64,000 nt of DNA from the IMG/VR virus record IMGVR_UViG_3300046499_000850; one strand, written 5' to 3'. The translations under genes were made by a program, and so were the position numbers. This stretch comes from a virus (lineage: Duplodnaviria > Heunggongvirae > Uroviricota > Caudoviricetes). The notes beneath the pieces are model-generated. The model was given only the letters and a program-made list of their open reading frames with translations, did no database searches and was not told the DNA's origin. Every line of letters starts with the position of its first letter. Position 1 is the stretch's first letter. Shown here in pieces: positions 26,325 through 35,924 of this stretch.

Positions 26325-27050
26325 ATGTCGAACAATCAACCGAAACACATCATCCACGCCACTGGCGTCATCAAAACCCGTATCGAAGAGCTGCGCAAGC
26401 TGGTCGCATCCACCCCGGACGGCGAAGAACGTGAAGCCCACAAGAAGGAACTGAGCGAACTGCTGGCCTCGATTGGCCTCGACGGCATCGGCATCGAAAT
26501 CACCCCGGCTGACAACGGTGAAGGCGTCGCCGCCAAGATCCTGGGCAGCGTGAACGCAGCAACCGAGCAACTCGGTAAAGTGGCCGGCGCCCCGGTCGAC
26601 GAAGTGAAGAAGGTCGAAGTCAAGGTCGAAGGCGCCAACGGTGAGAAGGTCACCTCGACCACCACCGTCAACGTCGAAAAGCCGGGCCTGTGGACCCGCT
26701 TTAAGGCATGGTGCGCTGAAAACAAGAAGAAGGTGATCGCGGGTGGTCTGGCCCTCGTGGCCGGCGCAGCTGGGCTGTGGTACTGGCTCAATGGTAAAAA
26801 TACCAGCGTCGCTGTATCTTCTGTGGCCGATGCCGAAGTGACCATCGATACCACCACCGTCGAACCCTCCACCCCGGCTGAAGCCGATCCGTCGATCTTC
26901 ACCCGCATCGGGGAATGGGTCGTCAACGCTGCTGCCACCGTCAAGGGCTGGACAGTGTCGGCCTGGACCTGGGTGAAGGGCCTGTTTACCCGCAACACCA
27001 CCTCGGAGACCACCGTTGATACCACGGCCGAAACCCCAGTTGCCGCGTAA
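26325..27050 (+). CDS. Membrane-anchored protein with Trp-rich amphipathic helices (array member 9)
   Basis: AAGGAG SD; LWTRFKAWCAENKKK followed by a transmembrane segment; IFTRIGEWVV...AWTWVKGLF. Confidence 0.85.
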   Translation: MSNNQPKHIIHATGVIKTRIEELRKLVASTPDGEEREAHKKELSELLASIGLDGIGIEITPADNGEGVAAKILGSVNAATEQLGKVAGAPVDEVKKVEVKVEGANGEKVTSTTTVNVEKPGLWTRFKAWCAENKKKVIAGGLALVAGAAGLWYWLNGKNTSVAVSSVADAEVTIDTTTVEPSTPAEADPSIFTRIGEWVVNAAATVKGWTVSAWTWVKGLFTRNTTSETTVDTTAETPVAA

Positions 27051-27160
27051 TTCGCGTTGGCATCCCACCCCGCTTCAAGTGGTGGGTTCTGCTCTCTTGG
27101 CGATTGCCCTGTTTGTCGGGGCTAATATCCTGGCGGGCAACTACCACTAGAAGCATCGTT

Positions 27161-27214
27161 CACGAGGAGCTCGGGGCAACCCGGCTCCTCGTGGATGTAT
27201 GCTTTTTTCTTTTA
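27161..27214 (+). terminator. Hairpin + TATGC + T-tract ending the membrane-protein array
   Basis: cacgaggagc...gctcctcgtg, then gtatgcttttttc. Confidence 0.7.
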
Positions 27215-27271
27215 AACCTGGTGTTAGAGATAAGTAAATGGGATTTATCTCTAACACTAAAAGGAGGATGT

Positions 27272-27556
27272 ATGATTCCCGTCATTGTAACCGGATTGCT
27301 ATTGCTGTTGGCAGTTCGTCAGGGTGAGGCCAGTCCCGCCCCGATAGTGGAGGCCCCGCCCCCCATCAAACAGAAGATGACCAAACCGCCGGTCCCACCT
27401 CGTCCCGTGCATCCGACCATGGCTGCACGTAAAGCGCCGGAAGCACGTAAGCCGATCGACGTGCATACATACCAACGCGATTTCGCGACACCACCGACAC
27501 CGTTCAAGGTGGTGCTGACCGGCTACCAGATTCCCGAACGAAGTCCGCAGTATTAA
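27272..27556 (+). CDS. Small Pro-rich protein with N-terminal signal/anchor
   Basis: AGGAGG SD; MIPVIVTGLLLLLAV, then a Pro-rich segment. Confidence 0.7.
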   Translation: MIPVIVTGLLLLLAVRQGEASPAPIVEAPPPIKQKMTKPPVPPRPVHPTMAARKAPEARKPIDVHTYQRDFATPPTPFKVVLTGYQIPERSPQY

Positions 27557-27629
27557 AAAAGTATTGCACGTTAGCAATAGCATGGCTTGTAGTGCCCGTC
27601 GATAAATCCATTATTAAAAAGGAACCGTC

Positions 27630-28520
27630 ATGAAACCCATGAGTCTCATCCTCGCCGCTACACCCTCGCCCGCCGAGGTGCAAGTCATCAACCGTTTCTA
27701 CCACGCATTCCAGTCGGCTGAAACCACCATCGCGTGCCGGCCGTTCTTCATGCAGCGCGTCAACCCGAGGACAGACATCGCTCGCCAAACGCCGCAAGGG
27801 GGCGTGAAGCAGTTGCCGCACGATGATCTGAGCTTCATGCCGATCGTCGATCATCCGGAAGGTCGTGTGGTGCTCAAGCCCGGCCAAGTGGCAAAGATCC
27901 ACGCCAAAGACCCGATCGAATCGAAGCAACACCTGAACAACATCATCCTGATCCTGGGTACGCCTTACGGGGTGGTGGTGTTGCATGGCCGCGAGAAGGA
28001 GTACCGTGTCAATGGTAAGGGTATTGTCGAAGGTCCGATCCCGCATCTGCATACCACCGGCCGTTTCACCCGCGCTGCCATGCGTTTCTTCAAGCGCAAG
28101 GGCATGCAGTTCCGTGGCGACTGGGACCTGAAGAACTGGATCTTCTCGGATTCGTTCGAGAAAGACCTGATCGAACAAGTCGAACTCGACCGCAAGGAAG
28201 AAACCGAAATGGCGATCAAGTATTTCGAGGCGACCGGTCAGCGTTTGTCCCATGCCGGACAACTCGTGGGCGACGGTTTGCTCAAGCGTATCCGTCAAGC
28301 CCACCCGGCAAACCAGATCAAACCGAAAGCTGGTAATACCCATGATGTGAAGCGTGAAATCGCCAGTAAGAAACTCGGCGATCACCCGCTCGACATCCTG
28401 CCGTGTCGTGCCAATGGTTTCAAAGGCACGCGCTACGCTGACCAGACCCCAGCCCAGAAAGCCGCCGGCCGCGCCATGCTGGCAAAGCCGGAAGAAGTCC
28501 TGGCCAGCGTACCGGCATAA
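27630..28520 (+). CDS. Hypothetical protein
   Basis: AAAGGA SD; 296 aa, basic. Confidence 0.85.
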   Translation: MKPMSLILAATPSPAEVQVINRFYHAFQSAETTIACRPFFMQRVNPRTDIARQTPQGGVKQLPHDDLSFMPIVDHPEGRVVLKPGQVAKIHAKDPIESKQHLNNIILILGTPYGVVVLHGREKEYRVNGKGIVEGPIPHLHTTGRFTRAAMRFFKRKGMQFRGDWDLKNWIFSDSFEKDLIEQVELDRKEETEMAIKYFEATGQRLSHAGQLVGDGLLKRIRQAHPANQIKPKAGNTHDVKREIASKKLGDHPLDILPCRANGFKGTRYADQTPAQKAAGRAMLAKPEEVLASVPA

Positions 28521-28539
28521 TCCTCACCTAGGAGGCATC

Positions 28540-28770
28540 ATGGCCAATCCAAGCAAGCAAGCGCAACTCAAAGCCAAGCAGGACACGATCGCAGAAGAAG
28601 TGAATCTGCTCCTGGCTGAAGGGAAACGCACTGACGCGATTAAGCACTACCAAAGCAAATGCGCCTGTTCCGCTGAACGTGCCGTGGCTTACGTGGATTC
28701 GCTACATCGTAACCGTCTGGATAAACGCAGAGATGAAATCATGAGTCGTATGCGTGGCCGTCGCTTCTAA
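28540..28770 (+). CDS. Small protein resembling the ribosomal L7/L12 C-terminal-domain-like family
   Basis: GGAGG SD; LLAEGKRTDAIKHYQSKCACSAERAVAYVDSL resembles the GxKIxAIKxxRxxxGxxLxEAKxxV pattern. Confidence 0.55.
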   Translation: MANPSKQAQLKAKQDTIAEEVNLLLAEGKRTDAIKHYQSKCACSAERAVAYVDSLHRNRLDKRRDEIMSRMRGRRF

Positions 28771-28835
28771 CAGCATAACCCCTCTCCTACCCTTCGGGGT
28801 AGGAGAGGGACGTATGCCGTCTATATTTTTTTCTT
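28770..28835. terminator. Bidirectional hairpin with ACAGCATA and TATGCCGT flanks
   Basis: ccctctcctaccc-ttcg-gggtaggagaggg, TATGCCGT at 28813-28820, between convergent genes. Confidence 0.8.
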
Positions 28836-29645
28836 TTATCGATTACCACCAGATAAGAGTGAGATGTAGCGGTGCATGGACTCTTGGTCGTTCATAAACG
28901 CGACCTTCGCCCACTTCTCGTTCAGGTGTTCTTGGTACATTTCTTCGGCGTCGGAATAACCTTCGACGATGTCCTTGAACTTGCCGACCTGCACACCACC
29001 ACGCAGTTCACCCATGTCGAGTTGGATGATGTACGAATTGTAGATGAACGACTTGACAGCCAGTTCCACCAGCTTGGCAAACACCAAATACGACCGCGCT
29101 TGGATGTTCGACAGGTTTTCCTCGTTCTCCAACGAACAACGCAAGAACAGGTTCTGTGGTAGGATCATCGAGTCCTGTACCATCACCACGTTTTCGCCAA
29201 TCAGTTCAACACGGGTGGTACCGACGTTCGGGGTCCGCAGCTGGGCTTCCATGACGGTGGCAGCCGCTTGCAGGACGGGACTCGACCGTCCGGCAGAATA
29301 GGCACCATAACCGGCTTGGGTGCGGTACATGTCACCGTAGGTTACGTCGAACACACTCAGGATTGAGCGGTTGTTGGTTTTAGTTTTGGGGATTTGAAAT
29401 ACGGTGGTGTAACCACCATCAACCGTTTCACTGGCCACGTCGCTCAGGTCAATGCGGGTTTCCACACCACTGACCAGATTGCAATCGACCAGCACACGCG
29501 GCACCAACACCATACAACGGATGCGCTCTTTGATATCAGAGGGCAAGTCACGGTATTGTTGATAGGGTTCTTGGAACACCACCTTCAAAATCTCACGAGG
29601 AATTCTAAACATTACCTCGTCAAGTGCTTTGGTTATGGGATTCAT
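28836..29645 (-). CDS. Conserved phiKZ-like protein (probably virion-associated)
   Basis: 269 aa beginning MNPITKALDEVMFRIPREIL; AGGA SD; function not determined. Confidence 0.6.
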   Translation of the reverse strand: MNPITKALDEVMFRIPREILKVVFQEPYQQYRDLPSDIKERIRCMVLVPRVLVDCNLVSGVETRIDLSDVASETVDGGYTTVFQIPKTKTNNRSILSVFDVTYGDMYRTQAGYGAYSAGRSSPVLQAAATVMEAQLRTPNVGTTRVELIGENVVMVQDSMILPQNLFLRCSLENEENLSNIQARSYLVFAKLVELAVKSFIYNSYIIQLDMGELRGGVQVGKFKDIVEGYSDAEEMYQEHLNEKWAKVAFMNDQESMHRYISLLSGGNR

Positions 29646-29656
29646 GAAGGTTCCTA

Positions 29657-29689
29657 GAATTTTACACGGCTATATTACTACCTTGAACA
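29657..29689 (+). promoter_or_regulatory. Putative early promoter TATATTAC
   Basis: gaatttt...TATATTAC (29671-29678)...TGAA, identical to the phiKZ early motif. Confidence 0.7.
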
Positions 29690-30032
29690 ACGTAGCACAT
29701 AGCATTTAGTTTTCCGCCATGAAACTCGCGAACAGTATACTGCTAGATGGTTAGAATTGCAAGAACGCATTTGTCGTGACGGCCATCCGGGTGACCAGTG
29801 GTTTGTGCTGACCAACCGGGAAACTGCCGGATTTTCATTATTCAAGCGGATATTTGCAGGACAGATCTCCACTTTATTATTTCAAAAGCTTGGAAGAAAT
29901 ATCCATATCGCGGCCGTTTCTCAAGAACGGGATACCGCGTACCGGGATCAGCAATGCCAATTGTTCCTCAGCAAATTTGAATTTGCTTTTAATTCGCTGT
30001 ATAATCAACAACCACAACAGAAGGATATCACC

Positions 30033-32078
30033 ATGAATCGTTTCGAACTCGCCCAGCTGCTCTCCCAAGCCAGCGCTCTCCTTACCCAGTCCAAAGAAAA
30101 CACCTCGATCCATGAGCACGAGGCTGTCTATAACGCCCTCGTTGAGGCGCGCGACAAGCCAGCGCTGCTGCAGTTCATCTCCGGCCCCAACACCCCCCAC
30201 GCAATCATCGAAGCCGTCGCTGCGCTGCATCCGAAGAACGATCTCAATGACGACGCTAAGGTGTTGATCGCTGGTCGGCTGGATATTGAAGCCGAAAGGC
30301 TGCGCAAGACCAGCACACTGGATGACGTGATCGGCAAATCGGCGCCGGTGGAAGACTCCAAAGCTACGCCGGCACCAAACAATCCCATGATCAAGACTAT
30401 TGACGCCGTGATCGATTACATCTGCAACGGCGCCGAAGCCTCGGCAACGGATCTGCGTAACGGCCTCGAAATCGTCAAGGGATTCCTGATGAGTCATTCG
30501 GCTGTTCTGTCGGCCTCGGCGGCACCACAGGAAACCGAGAACACGAAGGTCGGCATCGAAACCAGCGACCTGTTCACGCGACTGGCGATCGCCGTCCGCG
30601 ACCCGGCCCATTTCAACGAGGAAGAAAAGACGAAAATGATCGACGACCTGCGCGTCGCTGATCAGCACCTCGGTCAGACCAAACGTGACTGCGAACTAAA
30701 GGATTATCTCGACGACGCGTTCCAAGGCTTGGCCAGCATCATGCAGGGCGGCATGCATCACATCGATAAACTGCTGACCCAGATGAATCAACTGCGCCGC
30801 GATTTCGATATGGGTAAATTCCAAACGCAGGATGATTCCCATCCGGGCTTCGGTACCTGGAAGATGCCGCTCCCGAATGGTGTCAAACTCGAAGACTTCA
30901 CCGGTTTGGTGATGTTACACTACGCGGGTCCCCGTCATGAGCAAATCGCTAAGTACGCAGAAAAGGCGCTGAAGATATTGATGCCTCGGGCAACGATAAC
31001 GGTTATTCCGTACTCCATCAATTCGGCTTCGGATGGTACGGTGAATACTGTTTTCAAGAATCTGGCTTGGCGTGATTCCCCTACCAGCATCCATTTCGTG
31101 ATGGCGTACGCTAGTTCGACCGGATCGGATGTCCTTACCTCGGATGACCGGGTCGGTAAGACGGTGTTCGAAGCGCTGGCTGGTGCAGGTTGCCGGGTTG
31201 GTTCGATCCTCAGTGGCGAGGCCGTCCATGTGGATCTGGTGAGAGTGAAGGTGCAACAGCTTCTTAACATGTCGCCGTACCAGTTCAACGGCATGCGGCG
31301 CTCTCGTTACCTGAGCGACGCATTCTCGAAACTCGGTAAGACGAGTTTTGGTGCTCCGCAAATGCCGCCGATTGGCGGGATGTCTGGAGTAGCGGACCCT
31401 GGTTTGACCGACTTCCAGAGACATTCGCTTAACGAACAACCGTTCCCGGGCGCTGACCTGCCGTTCCGTGGCGGGATCGGTAACACCCGGGGCTGGAACA
31501 ACGGTTGGCCGTCGGTCAGTTCACCGTTTACCTATGGTTTGGGTAACCAACCGCTGGGTAGACCCATGTTTGGTTCTCAACCCAACCCGGAGTTCGATCG
31601 TCTCGCCAAATCGTACGGCCCTGGTGGATTCCAGCAGGGTGACGCCAACGATTCTGCCCCAACAGCAGAGCAGTACGATGGCGTGATCATGCTCCACATT
31701 CCGGACGCTGCGGTCGATTACGAAGTGGAGTGTCGTCAATCGATGTTCACGGAAGCGTATCCGAATGCCAAGTTCTATTTGGTGCGCTATCCGGAATACG
31801 GTAACCAGCCGGCGGAGCTGACCGTCGCTCAAGCCATTCAAAATGCTACTGTTCAATATGGCACCCTGAAGATCTTCCACTTCATTCTGGTGATGAATAA
31901 CTCACCGGTCGGTTATGGCGAAAACGTTGAACGCATCGTCGCCAGTCACCTCGGCAAATCGGTGAAGTTCAAAGTCGATCACTTGCAAAACGTGAATACG
32001 CTGCGCATCTACACCGGTTCGCAGGTGTACGAGTATGCTTCGGCCAACGCGCTCGCCAAGGGTGCTAATCGCGGTTAA
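30033..32078 (+). CDS. Large hypothetical multidomain protein
   Basis: AAGGA SD before ATG 30033. Helical N-terminal part, a G/P/F-rich linker, and two similar alpha/beta segments (GLVMLH...P.A.I.VIPY...HFVMAY and GVIMLH...PNAKFYLVRY...HFILVM). Confidence 0.8.
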   Translation: MNRFELAQLLSQASALLTQSKENTSIHEHEAVYNALVEARDKPALLQFISGPNTPHAIIEAVAALHPKNDLNDDAKVLIAGRLDIEAERLRKTSTLDDVIGKSAPVEDSKATPAPNNPMIKTIDAVIDYICNGAEASATDLRNGLEIVKGFLMSHSAVLSASAAPQETENTKVGIETSDLFTRLAIAVRDPAHFNEEEKTKMIDDLRVADQHLGQTKRDCELKDYLDDAFQGLASIMQGGMHHIDKLLTQMNQLRRDFDMGKFQTQDDSHPGFGTWKMPLPNGVKLEDFTGLVMLHYAGPRHEQIAKYAEKALKILMPRATITVIPYSINSASDGTVNTVFKNLAWRDSPTSIHFVMAYASSTGSDVLTSDDRVGKTVFEALAGAGCRVGSILSGEAVHVDLVRVKVQQLLNMSPYQFNGMRRSRYLSDAFSKLGKTSFGAPQMPPIGGMSGVADPGLTDFQRHSLNEQPFPGADLPFRGGIGNTRGWNNGWPSVSSPFTYGLGNQPLGRPMFGSQPNPEFDRLAKSYGPGGFQQGDANDSAPTAEQYDGVIMLHIPDAAVDYEVECRQSMFTEAYPNAKFYLVRYPEYGNQPAELTVAQAIQNATVQYGTLKIFHFILVMNNSPVGYGENVERIVASHLGKSVKFKVDHLQNVNTLRIYTGSQVYEYASANALAKGANRG

Positions 32079-32204
32079 GTGTTTCTCCGTTACACCCAAC
32101 CAGTCTAACTCTAGCTGGTTGGGTGTTTTTTTATAGAGTTGCTTCTATTCAATGTCCAGAAAGACGTTGAAGTTTTTTCATCATAATTAATAAAAGGATT
32201 CGTC

Positions 32205-33266
32205 ATGACTGACACCACCAAAAACGCAATCAAAGAAGCATTCCCCAAAGGCCGTGTCCGTGTTTATGCCTGCGGCGGCGCCTCGATTAACATCATGGCT
32301 GACCTGGGTGCGCTGGAAATCAACCCGGACCTGATGGCTGACTTCCACGTTGTCCAGCTGGATACCAGCAAATCGAACATGCACGCGCGCGCCAGCAATT
32401 ACGAGCAGTACCTGCTGCCGAAGATGGCCAACACCGACTCGGTCGACGGTGGCGGTAAAGATCGCGCTGAAAACAAAGCTCTGATCGAACAACACGCCGA
32501 CCCGATCCTGAAGATGTACCCGCCGCTCGAAGCGAACATCGTGATCTCGACAGGCTCGGGCAGCTCGGGTTCGGTGCTCGCGCCGGAACTGGTCAACAAG
32601 CTGCTGGCCCGCGGGGAAGCTGTGGTCGTGCTGCTGATCGGCACCACCGGTTCGCGTATCGAGGCGCTGAACTCGATCGGCACCATGACCAACTACGAGC
32701 AGATCGCCAAGGCCCGTCAGATGCCGGTCATCATGAGCTACCTGCAAAACTCGCCGGACATGCCGCGCGAAAAGGTCAACGTCCACATGCTGTCGACGAT
32801 CTCGTACCTGGGTATGCTGTTCTCGCGGCGCAACAACGGCATGGATACCAAGGACACCAGTAACTGGCTGAACTTCACCAAGCCGGGGCTGACCAAGGGC
32901 CTGCTGCCGCAGCTGTACAGCCTGACCATCTTGCTGCGCAGCTTCACCGCGAACGGCGAGGAAGAGTTCGCGGACAACCTCGACAAACTCGGCAACATCC
33001 TGTCGGTAGCCACCCTGACCCGCGCCGGCACGCCGCCGGAACTGCCGCCCGAGTACATGCCGGAATATCACACGGAAGGCTTCGTGCCCGATCTGCGTGA
33101 CAGCAAAGTCTTCGACGGTCAATCGGCCAACTTCATCATCAGCGACGGCCTGGTCAACAGCTTCATGGCCAGCCTGAAGTCGTTCTCCAAGCGTCAGCGT
33201 CCGAACGTCGTTCAGTTCGCCGCGTCGCAGGACGAAGACGACGAACCAACCGTCAGCTTCAGCTAA
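32205..33266 (+). CDS. phuZ: PhuZ/TubZ tubulin-like spindle protein
   Basis: VYACGGASINI (T1), LDTSKSN, GGGKDR, STGSGSSGS (T4-loop variant), NNGMDTKD (T7), acidic tail. Confidence 0.9.
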   Translation: MTDTTKNAIKEAFPKGRVRVYACGGASINIMADLGALEINPDLMADFHVVQLDTSKSNMHARASNYEQYLLPKMANTDSVDGGGKDRAENKALIEQHADPILKMYPPLEANIVISTGSGSSGSVLAPELVNKLLARGEAVVVLLIGTTGSRIEALNSIGTMTNYEQIAKARQMPVIMSYLQNSPDMPREKVNVHMLSTISYLGMLFSRRNNGMDTKDTSNWLNFTKPGLTKGLLPQLYSLTILLRSFTANGEEEFADNLDKLGNILSVATLTRAGTPPELPPEYMPEYHTEGFVPDLRDSKVFDGQSANFIISDGLVNSFMASLKSFSKRQRPNVVQFAASQDEDDEPTVSFS

Positions 33267-33616
33267 TGGAGCGCCGCATCCTCGTCCTTGGCGGTGGATG
33301 CTTGGGGGCCGCGATAAGCGCCTTGCTGGGATCAGCCGCCGTGGTTATCCCAGCGCACATGGTAGCCGTAATCGAACCGTGGAGTAACTTCCTCGACAAT
33401 TTCGATTACGACACCTTTGTGTTTAGCTTAACGTGGTGGTTTATGGTCGGCCTGACGTTCGCGCGCTGGCCCGGCATCTTATCTTTCACAGCCCAAGGCG
33501 GGCACTGGCACACGGAAAAGGACCGTGTTAGCCATGTCCATCTTCCTGACTCTGTGAGAATTAATGAAAACCATAGACCTCCGGACTTTGTGTGCACACA
33601 TTCGAGGGATGTGTAA
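33266..33616 (+). CDS. Possible small membrane protein
   Basis: TAATG overlap with phuZ and hydrophobic segments, but atypical codon usage. Confidence 0.4.
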   Translation: MERRILVLGGGCLGAAISALLGSAAVVIPAHMVAVIEPWSNFLDNFDYDTFVFSLTWWFMVGLTFARWPGILSFTAQGGHWHTEKDRVSHVHLPDSVRINENHRPPDFVCTHSRDV

Positions 33617-33951
33617 GCTCACTTTACCCAACAAGGGAAAGTCCTGAAAGATTAACCGCATGACGTAGTACCCCGGTTAATCCTCAAACACCCCAATTGC
33701 CATCCGCTGCGTGCGGTATTAGGTGCCTATTCGGTACTTGTCGGAGTCTGCGAACCCTGTGCTTGACCCAGCAATTTTCATCAATAATGATGAAAGGACC
33801 TGTAAAGTTGACATAAGAGCGAGATCATCAGACGTTAAACGAAGTAAACTTGGGGGCGGGGTAGCCGAAGCTATGCTGGAAGTTGCCATATAGACGTGTG
33901 TGGATGAAACTCCTTCCTGGAAGCATTAGAATCCCCTTCCCCCCATTTCAC

Positions 33952-34015
33952 CCTCTTACCTAACTGTTCTCTTCGGAGAGTGTTTAGGTAAGAGGATTAC
34001 CTTTCTTTATGCCGT
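33952..34015 (+). terminator. Long hairpin (UUCG) + TATGCCGT
   Basis: cctcttacctaa...ctcttcggagag...ttaggtaagagg, TATGCCGT at 34008-34015. Confidence 0.7.
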
Positions 34016-34096
34016 CAAAACTCAGCAGAAACGTTTCTGAGCGTTATTTTACCCGTAGGGCGTATGGTATACGTACCTGCTGTCAAAAGGATCTCC

Positions 34097-34549
34097 ATGG
34101 CCCGTTCTAAGACGAATCTCAAAAGGTTTGTGTGGGTACTCGACATCAATGATTTCCTGCTTTACCTTGAAGATTGCCTGTATCGCATTTCGCCGCAGTT
34201 CCCATGGTTACTTGAAACACAACCCATCAACCGTAACTATCCGTGGACGGAAACCGATCGTTTCCATAAAGACAAAACCCAACGCGATTACTTGGTCGAT
34301 TGGATTCTCTGTTTTATTCTGAAGGACTTTTACTATTTCGATAGCCGGCGGGACGAGCGCTATCCGGAGTTCCAGGCGATTTACAATGCCTTGGAAAATG
34401 ATTTCGATCTCCACAAGAACATTCGCGCCTACACCGACTTCCCCCGCCTGTACGGGTTAGGTGTAGAAATCGTCACCCATCAAATTTTGCGGCAATCGTG
34501 TTGGCTCTACATCGAAGCCAGTTACGATCCGTCTCAACAGCCACGCTAA
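34097..34549 (+). CDS. Hypothetical protein
   Basis: AAGGA SD before ATG 34097; first gene of a tightly packed operon. Confidence 0.75.
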   Translation: MARSKTNLKRFVWVLDINDFLLYLEDCLYRISPQFPWLLETQPINRNYPWTETDRFHKDKTQRDYLVDWILCFILKDFYYFDSRRDERYPEFQAIYNALENDFDLHKNIRAYTDFPRLYGLGVEIVTHQILRQSCWLYIEASYDPSQQPR

Positions 34550-34551
34550 CC

Positions 34552-35547
34552 ATGCCATATCCACCGCTTTCACGTCAGCTTGAAGTCCACCACACGTACA
34601 TCTCGGATGTGTACGATGTGGCCCACTACATTCACAACACTTTGGAACCGGTTGCCCACCCGCTTGACGCGGGGTTGTATCTGCCCGGTCAACTCGATCC
34701 AGTGTTGCGGGCTGATCGCGAGTATTGGTATCAAGAACCCGTCGCTGTCAACCAGGCGCATCAGTCGGTTGCCGTGCGGGACAACGACGCCTACAATCCG
34801 ACCCCATGGTACCACGGCGACGCCACCCGTTCGCATAACCAGCCATGGCAGTACTACCGTTACAACTACATCCGTGTGCAGAACTTGGAGCAGGCGCTCA
34901 GCACCCCGTGGGATGTAGTCGAGATGCCACACAACTTCATCCCGCCGTACTTCAACAAGAACGATGCGTTCCCAGGTTCGGATGAACAACCACGTCGGGT
35001 GGTGTTGCCAGCACATCTCGCCCACCAAGCCACCTTGAAACCGACCTTGCCGGTAATGGGGCTCAAATTGGCCAAGGCGATGATCGAAAACGAAATCACC
35101 TCGTCGCGTAGCTTTAACCAGTTGCCAGCCAAAACGATCGAGGAATTGGTGTTACCGTTTATCGATGAACAGTTCTTGCCGAATCACCCGACCCGCGTGG
35201 ACAGTGTGCAGACGTTGTCATTAGAATACCTGCGCAATGACCCGTGGTTCCAGCGGCAGTTGAACGGCATCTACGACAGTATGCAGTTGGTGTTGGAGCC
35301 GGTGCGTCACATGCTGCGCGCCAATCCGTTCTTGATGTTCACGGTGAACTACCAAGATGGTTTCAACATCCGCATTGACCAACTTGGTGACTACCGCATC
35401 CACGAATGGGAGCGCTTGGTCAACGACCCAGAGTACCAGCGTTGGCAGCGGGCGCGGGCTGATGGTAGTTGGGATCGGTTTACGGGGGAGCAGGATGAAA
35501 ATAAATCCCGTGCTTATACTTACGAGCCCCACCACTATCCCCGTTAG
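34552..35547 (+). CDS. Hypothetical protein (conserved block between phuZ and DNA polymerase)
   Basis: ATG 2 nt after the previous stop; C-terminal LGDYRIHEW motif. Confidence 0.75.
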   Translation: MPYPPLSRQLEVHHTYISDVYDVAHYIHNTLEPVAHPLDAGLYLPGQLDPVLRADREYWYQEPVAVNQAHQSVAVRDNDAYNPTPWYHGDATRSHNQPWQYYRYNYIRVQNLEQALSTPWDVVEMPHNFIPPYFNKNDAFPGSDEQPRRVVLPAHLAHQATLKPTLPVMGLKLAKAMIENEITSSRSFNQLPAKTIEELVLPFIDEQFLPNHPTRVDSVQTLSLEYLRNDPWFQRQLNGIYDSMQLVLEPVRHMLRANPFLMFTVNYQDGFNIRIDQLGDYRIHEWERLVNDPEYQRWQRARADGSWDRFTGEQDENKSRAYTYEPHHYPR

Positions 35548-35549
35548 TC

Positions 35550-35918
35550 ATGAAAATAGCGCAGATGTTGTATAAGCTGCCGTTCGAGCCAGTCATGCAA
35601 GCTGTTGAGGTAGGCATCACGCCGTTGCCGTTACAGGCACAGTACGCGATTGTTATTCGTGAGTTCATCGGGTACTTACTCGAAGAACTGTCCACCAAGA
35701 TTTGGGACCGTGAAGCCACCTCAGCCGTGCATCTGGCGGTCGCTTATTTAAAGAAGAACCACGTCGACGAAGAGTACGCCGAACACTTTAGCCACCATGT
35801 GCTCGACGCCTTGATGTCTACCGTGATCGGTTATTTCCCTTCGATCTCGTTTCACGAACTCGCAGCAGCGCGGTATGTACTCGACCAGGACAATACCACA
35901 CTGCTGGTTTACATGTGA
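35550..35918 (+). CDS. Hypothetical protein
   Basis: Tightly packed operon gene, 122 aa. Confidence 0.75.
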   Translation: MKIAQMLYKLPFEPVMQAVEVGITPLPLQAQYAIVIREFIGYLLEELSTKIWDREATSAVHLAVAYLKKNHVDEEYAEHFSHHVLDALMSTVIGYFPSISFHELAAARYVLDQDNTTLLVYM

Positions 35919-35924
35919 CCAACC

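Noticed and set aside
29757-30032. N-terminal extension of the 773-aa ORF
   Set aside because: The TTG start has no SD and the segment is AT-rich. ATG 30033 has a good SD and codon usage changes there.
33266-33330. Rossmann GxGxxG motif (ILVLGGGCLG) suggesting an oxidoreductase
   Set aside because: The ORF is too short (116 aa) and the rest is not Rossmann-like. Probably coincidental.
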